64,000 nt of DNA from an uncultured SAR116 cluster alpha proteobacterium (GCA_902596655.1 CACJUX010000003.1:11649-75648), one strand, 5' to 3'; numbered from the stretch's first letter, positions 26,647 to 36,994 are shown. Program-made: numbers and translations. Notes: a model not told the origin generated them from the sequence alone.

Positions 26647-29073
26647 ATGGCAATGAACATTAACACTAATGTTGGCGCTCTGATGGCATCAGCCGCCGCA
26701 AACTCCGTCAACAAGTCGATGGAACAATCAATGGAGCGGCTTTCTACTGGCCTGCGGATTAACTCTGCAGCCGATGATGCAGCTGGTTCAGCAATCACAA
26801 GCCGTCTCACATCTGAGATTAAAGGAACAAACCAAGCTATTCGTAATGCTATGGATGCCCAAGCAATGATCGAAACTGCTGAGGGTGCTCACATCGAGGT
26901 TGAGGCAATTCTTCAGCGCATGCGCGAGTTAGCCGTTCAGGCTGCCAACGATACAAATTCTGATTCAGATCGTGGAAATCTGCAGCTTGAGATCTCACAG
27001 CTTTCAGCTGAAATTGACCGCATCGCAGAGACCACAACATGGGCGGGCGTTAGCTTGTTGAATGGTAGTGACACCAGTTCCGATAAGTCGCTTTCTTTTC
27101 AAATTGGATCAGGTCCGGGTATAGGTGAGACCGTCACCCAGACAATCAGCTCTATAAATGCAAAAGCACTTGGTGTTACAGGTAATGCTGTTGCTCCCGA
27201 GGTTGAGTCCAACTACGTATCTGTGACCGGTGAGGGAGTTTTGGCGACCGAAGGTAATACAATCACATTTGGCGGAAAATTCAATGCAGGGGACGTGTAT
27301 AAAGTCACGATTGGCAACAAGCAACATTCAGTTACTGCTACAACTGGTGACGGATACACCGATGATGCTTCTGGTCTCGCAGCGCAATTAACAGACGCAA
27401 TTCGTGCAGAGCAAATCTCTGGCACAAACCAGCATGAGGGCATCACAGTTGTTGATCACGGAGATGGTTCACTCTCAGTATTTGCCGAACCCGAAATAAC
27501 AAAAGTGAAAGCTGAAGAAGGTGGTGCTGCTGATACGCAGACACTAACCTTCAACGAAGCCGACAAAACCTTTACGGTTGGCGGCACACATGAAGACGGG
27601 GACATCTACAAGCTCACAATCAACGGCGTTGACGTTGCAGTAACTACTGATAACACTACTAACAGTGAGTATAATGCAACAAAAGCTGGTGTTGCTGCTG
27701 AAATCGTCGCAACTATCAATGCTGCCGCAGGTGGTTTGGCTGAACTGGCGACTGGTGGTGTTAGAGCATTCGTCGATGGTGATGACCCCACAAAGTTCCG
27801 CGTTGTGCAAGACGTCTTATTCAGCGCTGAGGAATATACGGCAATAACTCCCGGGGTTTCACCAACAATAACTGCAGCAGAAGTATCGGGAGCCTCAACA
27901 ATAGATTTTGCGAACACACCTAGTGAAGGCGATAAATTCACCACCACGATCAACGGTGTCACAGTTGAAATCGAGCTGACAGCTGACGACGGCTATGACC
28001 GTACAGCTACCGGTGCAGCGCTGAAGATGGAGGCTGCCATACAAGCCAAAATTGATAGCGGTGAACTTAAGGGCGTCACAGTTGGATCCACTAATGCGCA
28101 AATTACAGTCACGCAAAGTGGTACTACCGTTGAAGTTGGCACACCCGAAGTCATTGACGTTAGTTCTAGTGGTTTGATTGCGCAATACTCCGATGCAAAC
28201 TCCAGATTCGAGTTTGATACCGGTGCCAACTTCACAGCTGGTACAAAAGGTACTCTTGCAAATGGCGACACGGCTCGAGTGAGTATCAATGGCGTTACCA
28301 TTGAAGTAATAACCGATACGACTGACGGTTATGACGATAGCGCTGATGGTTTGGGCAGAGAGATGACAGACCTCATCAACAATAATGAGGAACTCAAAGC
28401 TCAGGGTATCACTGCGGCATTCACTAAAGCGGACAGTGGCAACTTAGCAGCTTTGGTAACGCTATCTTTCACACCACAGCTATCCAAAACTCAGTTTGTC
28501 AAAGCTGAAGACATTTCTACCAGCCAAAACGCTGCCGATATGTCAACAACGTTGACACTCAATAAGAGTGCTTTCGCACACGGTGACCAGCTTTCGGTTG
28601 ACGTTGAGGGCACAAAAATTGAGCTCACAATCGACACATCAGACAGCTTTGCGGATGATAAGGCTGGTGTAGCAGCACAGATTAAGACAGCTATCGATGC
28701 GCAAGGCATCAATGGTGTAACGGTTACTGATAATGGTGACGGTTCAATCTTGATCGAAAAGCCATCTGCGGCCAATGTGACTAGTGCAGTAGCTGCAACA
28801 AAGACCATTGAGGTTATCGACGCTGCATTCGTAACGTTGAACACGCAGCGGTCTTCACTTGGTGCGATTTCTAATCGCTTAGATAGCACAGTCTCTAACC
28901 TGACAAACGTTGTAACGAACCTTGAAAGCGGTCGTGCACGTATCCAGGATGCAGACTTTGCTGCAGAGAGCACAAACCTTGCCAAGCAGCAGATCCTCCA
29001 GCAGGCTGCAACTTCAATGCTGGCTCAGGCAAATGCTTCTAAGCAATCTGTACTTAGCCTTCTGCAGGGCTAA
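26647..29073 (+). CDS. fliC: Flagellin (808 aa, large hypervariable region)
   Basis: N-terminal D0/D1 (MAMNINTNVGALMA..LSTGLRINSAADDAAG) and C-terminal D1/D0 (LGAISNRLDSTVSNL..ATSMLAQANASKQSVLSLLQG) are conserved. The ~530-aa central region is built of repeated modules. Confidence 0.95.
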   Translation: MAMNINTNVGALMASAAANSVNKSMEQSMERLSTGLRINSAADDAAGSAITSRLTSEIKGTNQAIRNAMDAQAMIETAEGAHIEVEAILQRMRELAVQAANDTNSDSDRGNLQLEISQLSAEIDRIAETTTWAGVSLLNGSDTSSDKSLSFQIGSGPGIGETVTQTISSINAKALGVTGNAVAPEVESNYVSVTGEGVLATEGNTITFGGKFNAGDVYKVTIGNKQHSVTATTGDGYTDDASGLAAQLTDAIRAEQISGTNQHEGITVVDHGDGSLSVFAEPEITKVKAEEGGAADTQTLTFNEADKTFTVGGTHEDGDIYKLTINGVDVAVTTDNTTNSEYNATKAGVAAEIVATINAAAGGLAELATGGVRAFVDGDDPTKFRVVQDVLFSAEEYTAITPGVSPTITAAEVSGASTIDFANTPSEGDKFTTTINGVTVEIELTADDGYDRTATGAALKMEAAIQAKIDSGELKGVTVGSTNAQITVTQSGTTVEVGTPEVIDVSSSGLIAQYSDANSRFEFDTGANFTAGTKGTLANGDTARVSINGVTIEVITDTTDGYDDSADGLGREMTDLINNNEELKAQGITAAFTKADSGNLAALVTLSFTPQLSKTQFVKAEDISTSQNAADMSTTLTLNKSAFAHGDQLSVDVEGTKIELTIDTSDSFADDKAGVAAQIKTAIDAQGINGVTVTDNGDGSILIEKPSAANVTSAVAATKTIEVIDAAFVTLNTQRSSLGAISNRLDSTVSNLTNVVTNLESGRARIQDADFAAESTNLAKQQILQQAATSMLAQANASKQSVLSLLQG
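27253..28761 (+). repeat. Five tandem ~75-90-aa IN-motif-like modules in the flagellin variable region
   Basis: The units are centred on VTIGNKQHSV, LTINGVDVAV, TTINGVTVEI, VSINGVTIEV and VDVEGTKIEL. Each is followed by a DGY/D-rich loop, an Ala-rich helix (e.g. ASGLAAQLTDAIRAE, KAGVAAQIKTAIDAQ) and a G(I/V)TV..D.GDGS strand. Confidence 0.75.
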
Positions 29074-29093
29074 GATTAACAAAAAAACGGAAA

Positions 29094-29116
29094 GGGCGGC
29101 GTTGCCGCCCTTTTTT
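29094..29116 (+). terminator. Rho-independent terminator after the flagellin gene
   Basis: GC stem GGGCGGC / GCCGCCC with a 3-nt loop, followed by TTTTTT, ~20 nt after the stop codon. Confidence 0.8.
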
Positions 29117-29410
29117 GTGTTTTTATTATAGCTTTGTATGAAGCAAACTTATTGCTGTATGTTTCTAATTACTACTCGCTCCTTCACCCAAGCCTAATTC
29201 TTTCAAGCGTAAGTTACACAGCCAACTAACATTAGATTGTTAATAAAAAATCGCTGAATTACTTCAACATGGTTTAGTAACTAGCCTGACCCAATTGCTA
29301 GATTTAAATTAAACAACCAATTATCTTTCTGAAATCAACAATAGATTTCTCGATATTTTTACCACCAATGATATGTTTACAGATTAGGAGCGATTGGCGT
29401 TTTTTATGCG

Positions 29411-29812
29411 GTGAATAAGATTTCTTCAAAAATATTTATAGATAATTTTAAGCCTAACAGACCCCTAACGACTAATTTGAAGCAGTATTTGCCTTTTACA
29501 GCGCCTTTCATGCCATGCGCCGATGGGGAATTGCATGATAATGAGGTAGAAAAAATCCCTGTGATTGGCAAAAACACTTGGGAAAATTTCAACAAAAAGC
29601 AATTTGTTATATCCTTTAAATACCGTTTTAACCTGCTAACTGAAGCTGACGAGATGCTCTTTACTGAGCGGGAGACACGCACTCTCGAAACATTTTCAAA
29701 AATGAAACACTCGTCTGAAAATGAAACGCATGCTCTATCGGCATTTTTCTGTCAGTTGGCTGTTGCAGATAGTGTATTTCATAAAGAAGAAGCGCCATTC
29801 ATCGACAAATAA
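29411..29812 (+). CDS. Hypothetical protein in the AT-rich island (GTG start)
   Basis: 133-aa ORF in a visibly AT-rich ~1.1-kb stretch between the flagellin terminator and the flgL 3' end. No family recognised. An AGGAG lies ~19-23 nt upstream of the GTG, so the spacing is poor. Confidence 0.3.
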   Translation: MNKISSKIFIDNFKPNRPLTTNLKQYLPFTAPFMPCADGELHDNEVEKIPVIGKNTWENFNKKQFVISFKYRFNLLTEADEMLFTERETRTLETFSKMKHSSENETHALSAFFCQLAVADSVFHKEEAPFIDK

Positions 29813-30228
29813 ATTGATGCAATTAATTTCAAAAAGCCCTTTGGATTGTTTGCTGACAACGAACTAAATTATAGGCAATTGATGGCATCTGAGTTGCAAC
29901 ACACAATCTCTGGGCATGTTGGCAACAATGGGATCAGACTTAATGATCAAAAATGGAGATGTCCGAACTGAAAGAAAAACCAGTTTGTTGCTCGGCAATA
30001 ACAAGAAATCGCGCGGAGATGCGTTTTCGTATCTATCGCGATAAATTGTAAAAGAACTTTCATAAAGCATAGGTCGAATGCCAATATTTAAATTTGGCTA
30101 ATCTTTATATCACTCCATTCCGAAACGATCTCGCTTTAAGATTTTCACCAAACGACCATTAAGTGAGTGTTGAAGTTGCCTAACCAAATCAAATGGTCAG
30201 AAATATCGATATAACAACAGTTTTTCTA

Positions 30229-31509
30229 TCACCTAATGTAATCAAAAAGAGTTTGTGAACCTATCTTTACAAATGCCTGCTGAGCTGCATCGCGATTCAC
30301 AATTTGTGACTGTAGTTCTGTTATAAGCGCGGCAAGATCAGCATCTTCAATAGAAGAAATATTTTCAGTCATTAAAAGAAGTCTCCTATCAATAACCTCC
30401 TGTTGCATTTCGCCTTTGCGTATTTGCGCACCAACCGATGTCCTTTCAACATTGATATGCTCTAATACACTTTTCAAACGGGCTATGCCTGCATTAGAAT
30501 TAGCCAAAGGCGTGGCGACGCCAGACTCCAGGTCAACTTTGACACCCTCATCCACACTTGCCTGTAAGCTCAACATTGTTGCACCTGTAACGCCAGTTTC
30601 AGTCGCAGTTAGGCTAAAATTCGTACCGTCCTCTCGTGCAAAGATAACTGTATTATTGTCTAATTTGGCGCTAAAACCTTTTTTGTTATCAAGTTTTTCA
30701 AATGCCTCCATCACTGCAACCATAGCCTCATCGCCATCGCCTGCGTTGAGTGGCAGTGTATTAAATTGTAAATCATCATCTGCACCAAAATTTTCACCCG
30801 TCAAATTAATGTGCAGCACCTCACTACCTTCAGCCTTTACACCATTTTCCTGAAAATTAAGAGTAATATTGGCTTGTTTGATAGTGTTTTGATTGAGATT
30901 ATTTTCAATGATTTCAAAAATCTTGAAAACACTTGTGGCTGAACCACCAGCCTTTGCCCGCAGAAAAATTCCTGCACCGTCTACACCTGTATCCATTTTC
31001 ATGGATTCTGACACCTGAACAGCATGGATGCCCCTATCACCCTTGTATTCGACGGCACCCTCAGAGTTTTCTACAAACGGCATCACACCAACTTTGTAGC
31101 CGCTAAAAAGATAATCACCTTTCTCATCCGTTGCATTGGCAATGCCCTTAAGGCCCTCCTTTAATTGGCCAATTTCTTTAGCTATGGCCTTTCTATCAGA
31201 AGGACTGTAGGTGTCATTATTAGCCTGAATTGATAACTCATAAGCTCGTGTAATTATGTTCGCAGCATCACCCAGCATATTTTCTACAAGTGTTAATCGC
31301 TTATCCGCACGTTGAATATTTGTAGCAAATCTCTCAAGAACGACTTTTTGTCCCTTAACAAATGATATGTTCGCCGCTGCAACAGGATCATCAGACGCTT
31401 TCATCACGTTCTTACCCGTCGCGATTTTTGCTTGTGTCTGCTGAATTTGACCTGTCAGCGATTTAAAGCGCTCAATGGATTGCTCGTTATATAATTTGGT
31501 ACTGATCAT
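30229..31509 (-). CDS. flgL: Hook-filament junction protein FlgL (HAP3)
   Basis: 426 aa with flagellin-like N- and C-terminal helices (SDDPVAAANISF.., RTSVGAQIRKGEMQQEV..EDADLAALITELQSQ). Position follows flgK. Confidence 0.9.
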   Translation of the reverse strand: MISTKLYNEQSIERFKSLTGQIQQTQAKIATGKNVMKASDDPVAAANISFVKGQKVVLERFATNIQRADKRLTLVENMLGDAANIITRAYELSIQANNDTYSPSDRKAIAKEIGQLKEGLKGIANATDEKGDYLFSGYKVGVMPFVENSEGAVEYKGDRGIHAVQVSESMKMDTGVDGAGIFLRAKAGGSATSVFKIFEIIENNLNQNTIKQANITLNFQENGVKAEGSEVLHINLTGENFGADDDLQFNTLPLNAGDGDEAMVAVMEAFEKLDNKKGFSAKLDNNTVIFAREDGTNFSLTATETGVTGATMLSLQASVDEGVKVDLESGVATPLANSNAGIARLKSVLEHINVERTSVGAQIRKGEMQQEVIDRRLLLMTENISSIEDADLAALITELQSQIVNRDAAQQAFVKIGSQTLFDYIR

Positions 31510-31533
31510 AATTTAACGTCCTCAATCGCTGAG

Positions 31534-34500
31534 TTATCTGAAGCTCTCAAGCAGTGAATTAAATAGTTCACGAGCAGTTGAAAGGACCCTAGCAGATGCT
31601 TGGTAAGCTTGCTGCTGCTCAATAAGATTGGCGGCCTCTGTATCAAGATTAACGCCAGAAAAACTTGCCTCTGCCTCTAAGCTAGCATCTTTGAGCGCTA
31701 TTGCGGCATTTGCACCCAACTCACTGGCCTGAACTAGGCTTCCTAGTTTCGACATCGTTTCACTGAAAATTTTTTGAAACCCGCCCCTACCATCGCTTCG
31801 ACCGTTCCCACTTTGCAGGCTTGTTAAGTCAAGCATTGCAGTGGCATCGCCAATACCCTCGCCGTTGTCGGCGATGTGAAACTCATCACCGTCCACCAAT
31901 GCACCAAAAAAAGTAACGTTGAAGCCCTCAGCTTCACAACTTCCATTGGAGTCTAGCGTCCGATTAGCAAGCGAAGTTCCAGATTGCGTATCAATAAATT
32001 CAACATAGCCTGTTTTTTCATCAAGAACTTTAATCATTATGTCTCGGTGAAGTTTGGGACCCTCAACTGGTATTGCGTCGTATTGTAGAGAGAGTTTTTT
32101 CGCGCCATTGTTGCCAACAATAATAATCAGTTCTTCATCTGGTAAATTTGACAAGGTGAGGCGTTCTCCAACGTTGCTTTTTGCAGTACCAGTGAATTGT
32201 GGCGCTTCAATTTCACTGTTGAGAGAATTGGCTTTTAACATCGCGCCCTGACGGACGAGATCAAAATCTAAAGCGGTATAGCCACTGCCAATAGTGGTAG
32301 AGGATGTTGCAACTCCTGATGTTAGATCTACCGTTCCGTCTGGCCAGATATTTGCCTGAAGGGTAATCGCAGTGGACCCTACTGTTCCCCCCTCAGTCAT
32401 CGTAAAATTAAAGTTGCCACCATCGGGCCTTGTGAACCACAACACATCATTGTCTCCAATGTGCGCAGAATATCCATTTTTATCAGAAAGGCTATCAAAC
32501 GCGTCTTTAATGGCAACCAGAATTTCAGTTTCGTCACCGGATGCCAACGCCGCTGTGGTGAATGTCAGGTCTCCAGTTACTCCACCTAACCCGTCATCCA
32601 GTGTAATTTGAAGTGTCTCATTTCCTTCAGCAGCGACTCCCCCTGTTTTAAAATCCAATCCAATCCAAGCTTGGTTTGAGTAAAAATTTGTTGGCACTTC
32701 ATCATTTTGCATGATCCCAAAACGCTGCGCAGCAGCCGTATTGTTTGCAATTAAACCGTCATCAACCACAGTAATTTCCGACTTGCTGAGTGTACCACCA
32801 TTTGAGGCAACCTGTAGCTTCAAGTTGGCATCAAAAAAAGCGTTTAATCTCCCTGGCTCGCCACCACTAACAATCACCTCACCATCAATCATTGTTAAGC
32901 TATACTGTTGTCCTTCAAATGACAGGTAGACAACATCACCATCTACTGGCGGCGTTTCCATCTCCCCGGAAATCAGATTGCCCGCGCTTGAATAAGACAA
33001 ATTAACCGCGTTATCGGGACCACCACTAACGGTGATGTTGCTGCCATCGCTTGTGAATATATAGGTGCCCCCTTGATAGCCAACGGTCATCGACCCAGCG
33101 CTGTTTATCGCACTTTCTGTTAAGCCAACATCGCTGAGAGTGAAGGAATATGGAGTTTTAAGACTTACAAGGCCCTCAATATAAGCGGAAGGTGCATTCT
33201 TCCGTAATTCTCTGGCCACTGCAATCGCGACATCTGCGCCTGTTGTTCCGGCTACATCATCGCGATCAACCGTAGCACTCAGGCCGTCAATGTTTACTGA
33301 ATATGATACTTGTTTGGCTGACGCAAATTTTCCATTTGGAGAGGCTTCATTCGTATCAATGCCCTCCAAATAGTCAAAGGTTATGGAAGAATTTGAGGTA
33401 CTAAAATCAGTGTCTATTAAAATTTCAGACTGCGAGGCGGATCTCTGGATCTCCACATCCATATAGCCAGAAACGCCAGATTCGTTCCGATAGTCTCCGT
33501 TATAAACAGCGCCAGAGTTAAAAGCTCCACTCTCATCCATCTGAGACTGCCAGTAAGCTATTTTCGTGTCAGTTGGTGTACTGCCTGCTATGTGCCTGCC
33601 TTCCCGCGTAAAAATTTGGATATTGGAGGCCTCATCAATTTTGTTGGTTATTACAGCTGACACTGTCCTTCCAGTCGTAAGTGAGATGCCACCAGAAGAA
33701 AAGCGATTATCTGACAGACTGATAGTCAAATTACCGTCGGCACCAGAAGCAAAACCACCAAGCTCTGATAATTTTACAGCCGAACCGTCACTTACCTTTA
33801 CACCGGTCAAACTACCAACATTAAGCAAATCAGAAATTTGCCTCATGTTTCGCCAACCGTCACTATCTTCATTGAAATTGGATTGATCTAACGTAAATTT
33901 GAATTCCTCGGTGACGTCATTGTCATTAGCGTCCTTGGAAATAATTTTCAGAGAAAGGTGAGTAGCGCTCAGCATGTCCGCGTCACTTAACCCAAATTTC
34001 ATGCTAGATTGTTGGGATAATGAAAATAAATCAATTGATGTAAATTCAGCAGGAATGACAGTAACAGGTCCGCCGGTTAAAAATTGTGTGGCGGAAATTA
34101 TTGATCCGTCATTCGAGAACGTATCAGCAGCAGACGGCAGACCAGTGGATGAAGATTGATTACTTGTTGTGGCGGCCATTTCAGCATCACTGCGGTTTGC
34201 AGCATCAGCTGAAACAAGCAATGGTGAAGCTGCAGCAAATTCGTGCGGACGCCTAATTGAGACCCCAACGCCGGAAGCTGTGCCTGAGATTGGATCTATC
34301 ACAAATTGATCAAAGTTTTCGGCCTTACCCCTAAATTGAATAGCCAAGCCAGGTAGATCCACCTTTGCTCTGCCGCTTGTTACGAGGGTTCCATCTTCTT
34401 TGCGTCCATTCCAAAGTTCACTTTTCGCATCATATGAAAAAGTGATTTTATCAGATGTCAGCAAACTAAAATCATGAATTTCAGCTTCTGCTTTCGCGGC

Positions 34501-35520
34501 ACCAGCATTCGTTGGATTCTCGGTCAAATTTATATCGATATCTTGAAATAAATTTTTCCCAGGAAGGCCCTCTAAGTCCAATCCACTTTTATGTAAGAGA
34601 TTCATGTCTTGAACAAATTTGAAGGCAAGGTGATCAATTTCGTTCATGACACTTGATATTACTGCGTAGCTCTCAGCAAACCCAGCCAAGCTGCCGTCAC
34701 TAACCTGAGAAGTGTAAATATTGTCCACGCCCGGTCCGACAACATAAGAAAGATGTGTCTCACTTGGATCCAACCCCAACAATCTGAAGGAATTGTTATC
34801 AACGAGGACGGGCCCACTTCCAGATGTACCAATCTTTAAATTAGCAGCGCCACTTTCAGCCAAAGAAACACTCATTCCAGCGGAAGTTGTAATTTGGTCA
34901 ATTAATGCATCGCGCCTATCTAACAACGCGTTATTGACTTTGACCCTTCCAGCCGCCGCAATTTGTTGATTCAATAAACTGAGTTCCTCAGTTAGCATAT
35001 TCAATGAGGCCAATTCTTGTTTGGCTTGAGTGATAATGCCTTCCTTTAACTGCGACACAATTTTAGAAACATCGGTGAAATTGTCAGCCACCATCTTAGC
35101 ATCTTCCAGCGCAACAACCCTCGGCGCCAGATCCGATGGTGCGGTTGCTATTTCTTGTAAACTAGAAAAAAACTGACCGATTGTCGTTCCAAGATTGGAT
35201 TCGCCTGGCAGCAGAATGTCCTCTAATTGCTTCAAGCCCGCGTAAAGAGCTTCCTTGGACTCTGCACTCGCGGTCGCGCTTCTCGCTTTATTCAACAAAA
35301 ATTCATCGAAAGATCTTCGAATGCCAGTGATACGCACTCCAACACCAGTTTGTCTTTGAATGCCAGTGACGCTTCCTGTGCCAGCAGGAATTTCCTCAAG
35401 GCCTGCTTCGCGTCTCTTATATCCATCGGTATCAATATTGGCGATATTCTGACCCGTGACGGCCAACGATTGGCGATATGCCTGCAGGCCAGATTTACCA
35501 ATGTCAAAAAGGTTGGCCAT
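31534..35520 (-). CDS. flgK: Hook-filament junction protein FlgK (HAP1), giant (1328 aa)
   Basis: The N-terminus has the rod/hook motif (QNIANIDTDGYKRRE). The C-terminus is FlgK-type (VNLDTEAANLIEQQQAYQASARVLSTARELFNSLL). Position is between flgJ and flgL. Confidence 0.9.
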   Translation of the reverse strand: MANLFDIGKSGLQAYRQSLAVTGQNIANIDTDGYKRREAGLEEIPAGTGSVTGIQRQTGVGVRITGIRRSFDEFLLNKARSATASAESKEALYAGLKQLEDILLPGESNLGTTIGQFFSSLQEIATAPSDLAPRVVALEDAKMVADNFTDVSKIVSQLKEGIITQAKQELASLNMLTEELSLLNQQIAAAGRVKVNNALLDRRDALIDQITTSAGMSVSLAESGAANLKIGTSGSGPVLVDNNSFRLLGLDPSETHLSYVVGPGVDNIYTSQVSDGSLAGFAESYAVISSVMNEIDHLAFKFVQDMNLLHKSGLDLEGLPGKNLFQDIDINLTENPTNAGAAKAEAEIHDFSLLTSDKITFSYDAKSELWNGRKEDGTLVTSGRAKVDLPGLAIQFRGKAENFDQFVIDPISGTASGVGVSIRRPHEFAAASPLLVSADAANRSDAEMAATTSNQSSSTGLPSAADTFSNDGSIISATQFLTGGPVTVIPAEFTSIDLFSLSQQSSMKFGLSDADMLSATHLSLKIISKDANDNDVTEEFKFTLDQSNFNEDSDGWRNMRQISDLLNVGSLTGVKVSDGSAVKLSELGGFASGADGNLTISLSDNRFSSGGISLTTGRTVSAVITNKIDEASNIQIFTREGRHIAGSTPTDTKIAYWQSQMDESGAFNSGAVYNGDYRNESGVSGYMDVEIQRSASQSEILIDTDFSTSNSSITFDYLEGIDTNEASPNGKFASAKQVSYSVNIDGLSATVDRDDVAGTTGADVAIAVARELRKNAPSAYIEGLVSLKTPYSFTLSDVGLTESAINSAGSMTVGYQGGTYIFTSDGSNITVSGGPDNAVNLSYSSAGNLISGEMETPPVDGDVVYLSFEGQQYSLTMIDGEVIVSGGEPGRLNAFFDANLKLQVASNGGTLSKSEITVVDDGLIANNTAAAQRFGIMQNDEVPTNFYSNQAWIGLDFKTGGVAAEGNETLQITLDDGLGGVTGDLTFTTAALASGDETEILVAIKDAFDSLSDKNGYSAHIGDNDVLWFTRPDGGNFNFTMTEGGTVGSTAITLQANIWPDGTVDLTSGVATSSTTIGSGYTALDFDLVRQGAMLKANSLNSEIEAPQFTGTAKSNVGERLTLSNLPDEELIIIVGNNGAKKLSLQYDAIPVEGPKLHRDIMIKVLDEKTGYVEFIDTQSGTSLANRTLDSNGSCEAEGFNVTFFGALVDGDEFHIADNGEGIGDATAMLDLTSLQSGNGRSDGRGGFQKIFSETMSKLGSLVQASELGANAAIALKDASLEAEASFSGVNLDTEAANLIEQQQAYQASARVLSTARELFNSLLESFR

Positions 35521-35523
35521 AGT

Positions 35524-35832
35524 TTACTTCGCCTGCTCACCAAGCTGACGCACCAGTGCATCTGCAATTCCAAGATTGATCTTATCCGACAAATTGTCAG
35601 CATATTCGCGATCAAGCATTTCCTCGTAGGTTGTCTTTGCAGAACTTCCAAAAAGATCCTCGGCAAGTTTTGTCTTGCGCGACTGCTTCATGAATTCATT
35701 CAAGAAAATCGCTTCAAATTTCTCAGCGGCAGCGCGCAGATCGTCATTTTCAGTTGGACTTTTGAAAACCTTTTGATCTGCTTGCATCAAGCTGGCCTGC
35801 ATGTCTGCTGGGATAATATTTACGTCAAGCAT
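35524..35832 (-). CDS. flgJ: Rod-binding protein FlgJ (single-domain, no muramidase domain)
   Basis: 102 aa with the rod-binding motif AAEKFEAIFLNEFMKQSRKT. The ORF stops before any glucosaminidase-type domain. Confidence 0.8.
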   Translation of the reverse strand: MLDVNIIPADMQASLMQADQKVFKSPTENDDLRAAAEKFEAIFLNEFMKQSRKTKLAEDLFGSSAKTTYEEMLDREYADNLSDKINLGIADALVRQLGEQAK

Positions 35833-35846
35833 CGAGAATACCCCGT

Positions 35847-36980
35847 TTAAATTACAATAATTTCGGCACGCAATGCGCCCGCCTCACGCAGAGCACCAAG
35901 TATTTCAACTAGATCAGAAGCACCAGCACCAACAGCATTGATTGCGTCAACAATGTCAGAGAGCTCAACGCCAGTATCAAATACAAATGCTCTCGCAGTC
36001 TCCTCTTCAACATCCAATTCAGTGTCATCTATTGTTGTCTCACCACCGGGGGTCACTGTGGCCCCCGCCTCAGTGGTGGTAACAGTTGGATCACCCTTGA
36101 CCACTTTCTTGTCTTCTTTAACTTTGACAGTAAGAGAGCCGTGAGTGACTACAGCTGGGGTGACACGGACATCACCACCAATAACAATTGTACCACTACG
36201 AGCATTGACAATAACTTTCGCAGCAGGTCGCGCAGGTTCCACCTCAATATCTTGGAGCAGGCTGACAAAGGATACTTTCTGACCAGGGTCAGCTGGCGCA
36301 CGAACCTTGATGGATGAAGAATCGAGGGCAACTGCAACCGTTGGCCCAAAAACTTCATTTATTGCGTCGGCCACCTTTATTGAGGTGCTAAAATCCGATT
36401 GGTGCAAGTTTAGGATAATGTTATCCAATGTTTGGAAGGGTGTTTCTACCATCCGTTCAACCGATGCACCGCCGGGTATTCTACCGACAGTTGGGATGTT
36501 TACGGTCAATGATGACCCGTCGTTTCCAGTCACACCTAAGCCACCAACGGCAAGATTTCCCTGCGCCACGGCATAAGTTTCACCGTCAGCGCCCAACAAA
36601 GGTGTCATTAGCAAAGTGCCACCACGAAGAGATTTGGCGCCACCAATTGCCGAAATGGTAACATCCAAACGCTGACCGGTTTTGACGAAAGCCGGCATTT
36701 CAGCAGTCACCATCACAGCAGCCGCATTAGCAGCCGTGATATTGCCGACATCAGTCACTAGGCCAAATTGTGATACCATTGATTGCAACGATTGTTTGGT
36801 CAACCCATTCCCACCATCACCAGACCCTGCAAGTCCGACAACGATGCCATAGCCAACCAGCTGATTGGACCTGACACCAGCAATTGATGTCAGATCTTTG
36901 AGGCGGTCACCGAAGGCGTTAGTTAAACCGCAGACTAACAGCGCTGTGGCGATTGCAATTATTTCTAGGGTTTTAAGCAT
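35847..36980 (-). CDS. flgI: Flagellar P-ring protein FlgI
   Basis: 377 aa with a signal peptide. Conserved segments [30 protein letters not shown] and [15 protein letters not shown]. Confidence 0.95.
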   Translation of the reverse strand: MLKTLEIIAIATALLVCGLTNAFGDRLKDLTSIAGVRSNQLVGYGIVVGLAGSGDGGNGLTKQSLQSMVSQFGLVTDVGNITAANAAAVMVTAEMPAFVKTGQRLDVTISAIGGAKSLRGGTLLMTPLLGADGETYAVAQGNLAVGGLGVTGNDGSSLTVNIPTVGRIPGGASVERMVETPFQTLDNIILNLHQSDFSTSIKVADAINEVFGPTVAVALDSSSIKVRAPADPGQKVSFVSLLQDIEVEPARPAAKVIVNARSGTIVIGGDVRVTPAVVTHGSLTVKVKEDKKVVKGDPTVTTTEAGATVTPGGETTIDDTELDVEEETARAFVFDTGVELSDIVDAINAVGAGASDLVEILGALREAGALRAEIIVI

Positions 36981-36994
36981 TGTTTACTCCATCC

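Noticed and set aside
35227-35850. 207-aa plus-strand ORF spanning the flgK 5' end and flgJ
   Set aside because: It is antisense to two canonical flagellar genes and has no SD or recognisable motif.
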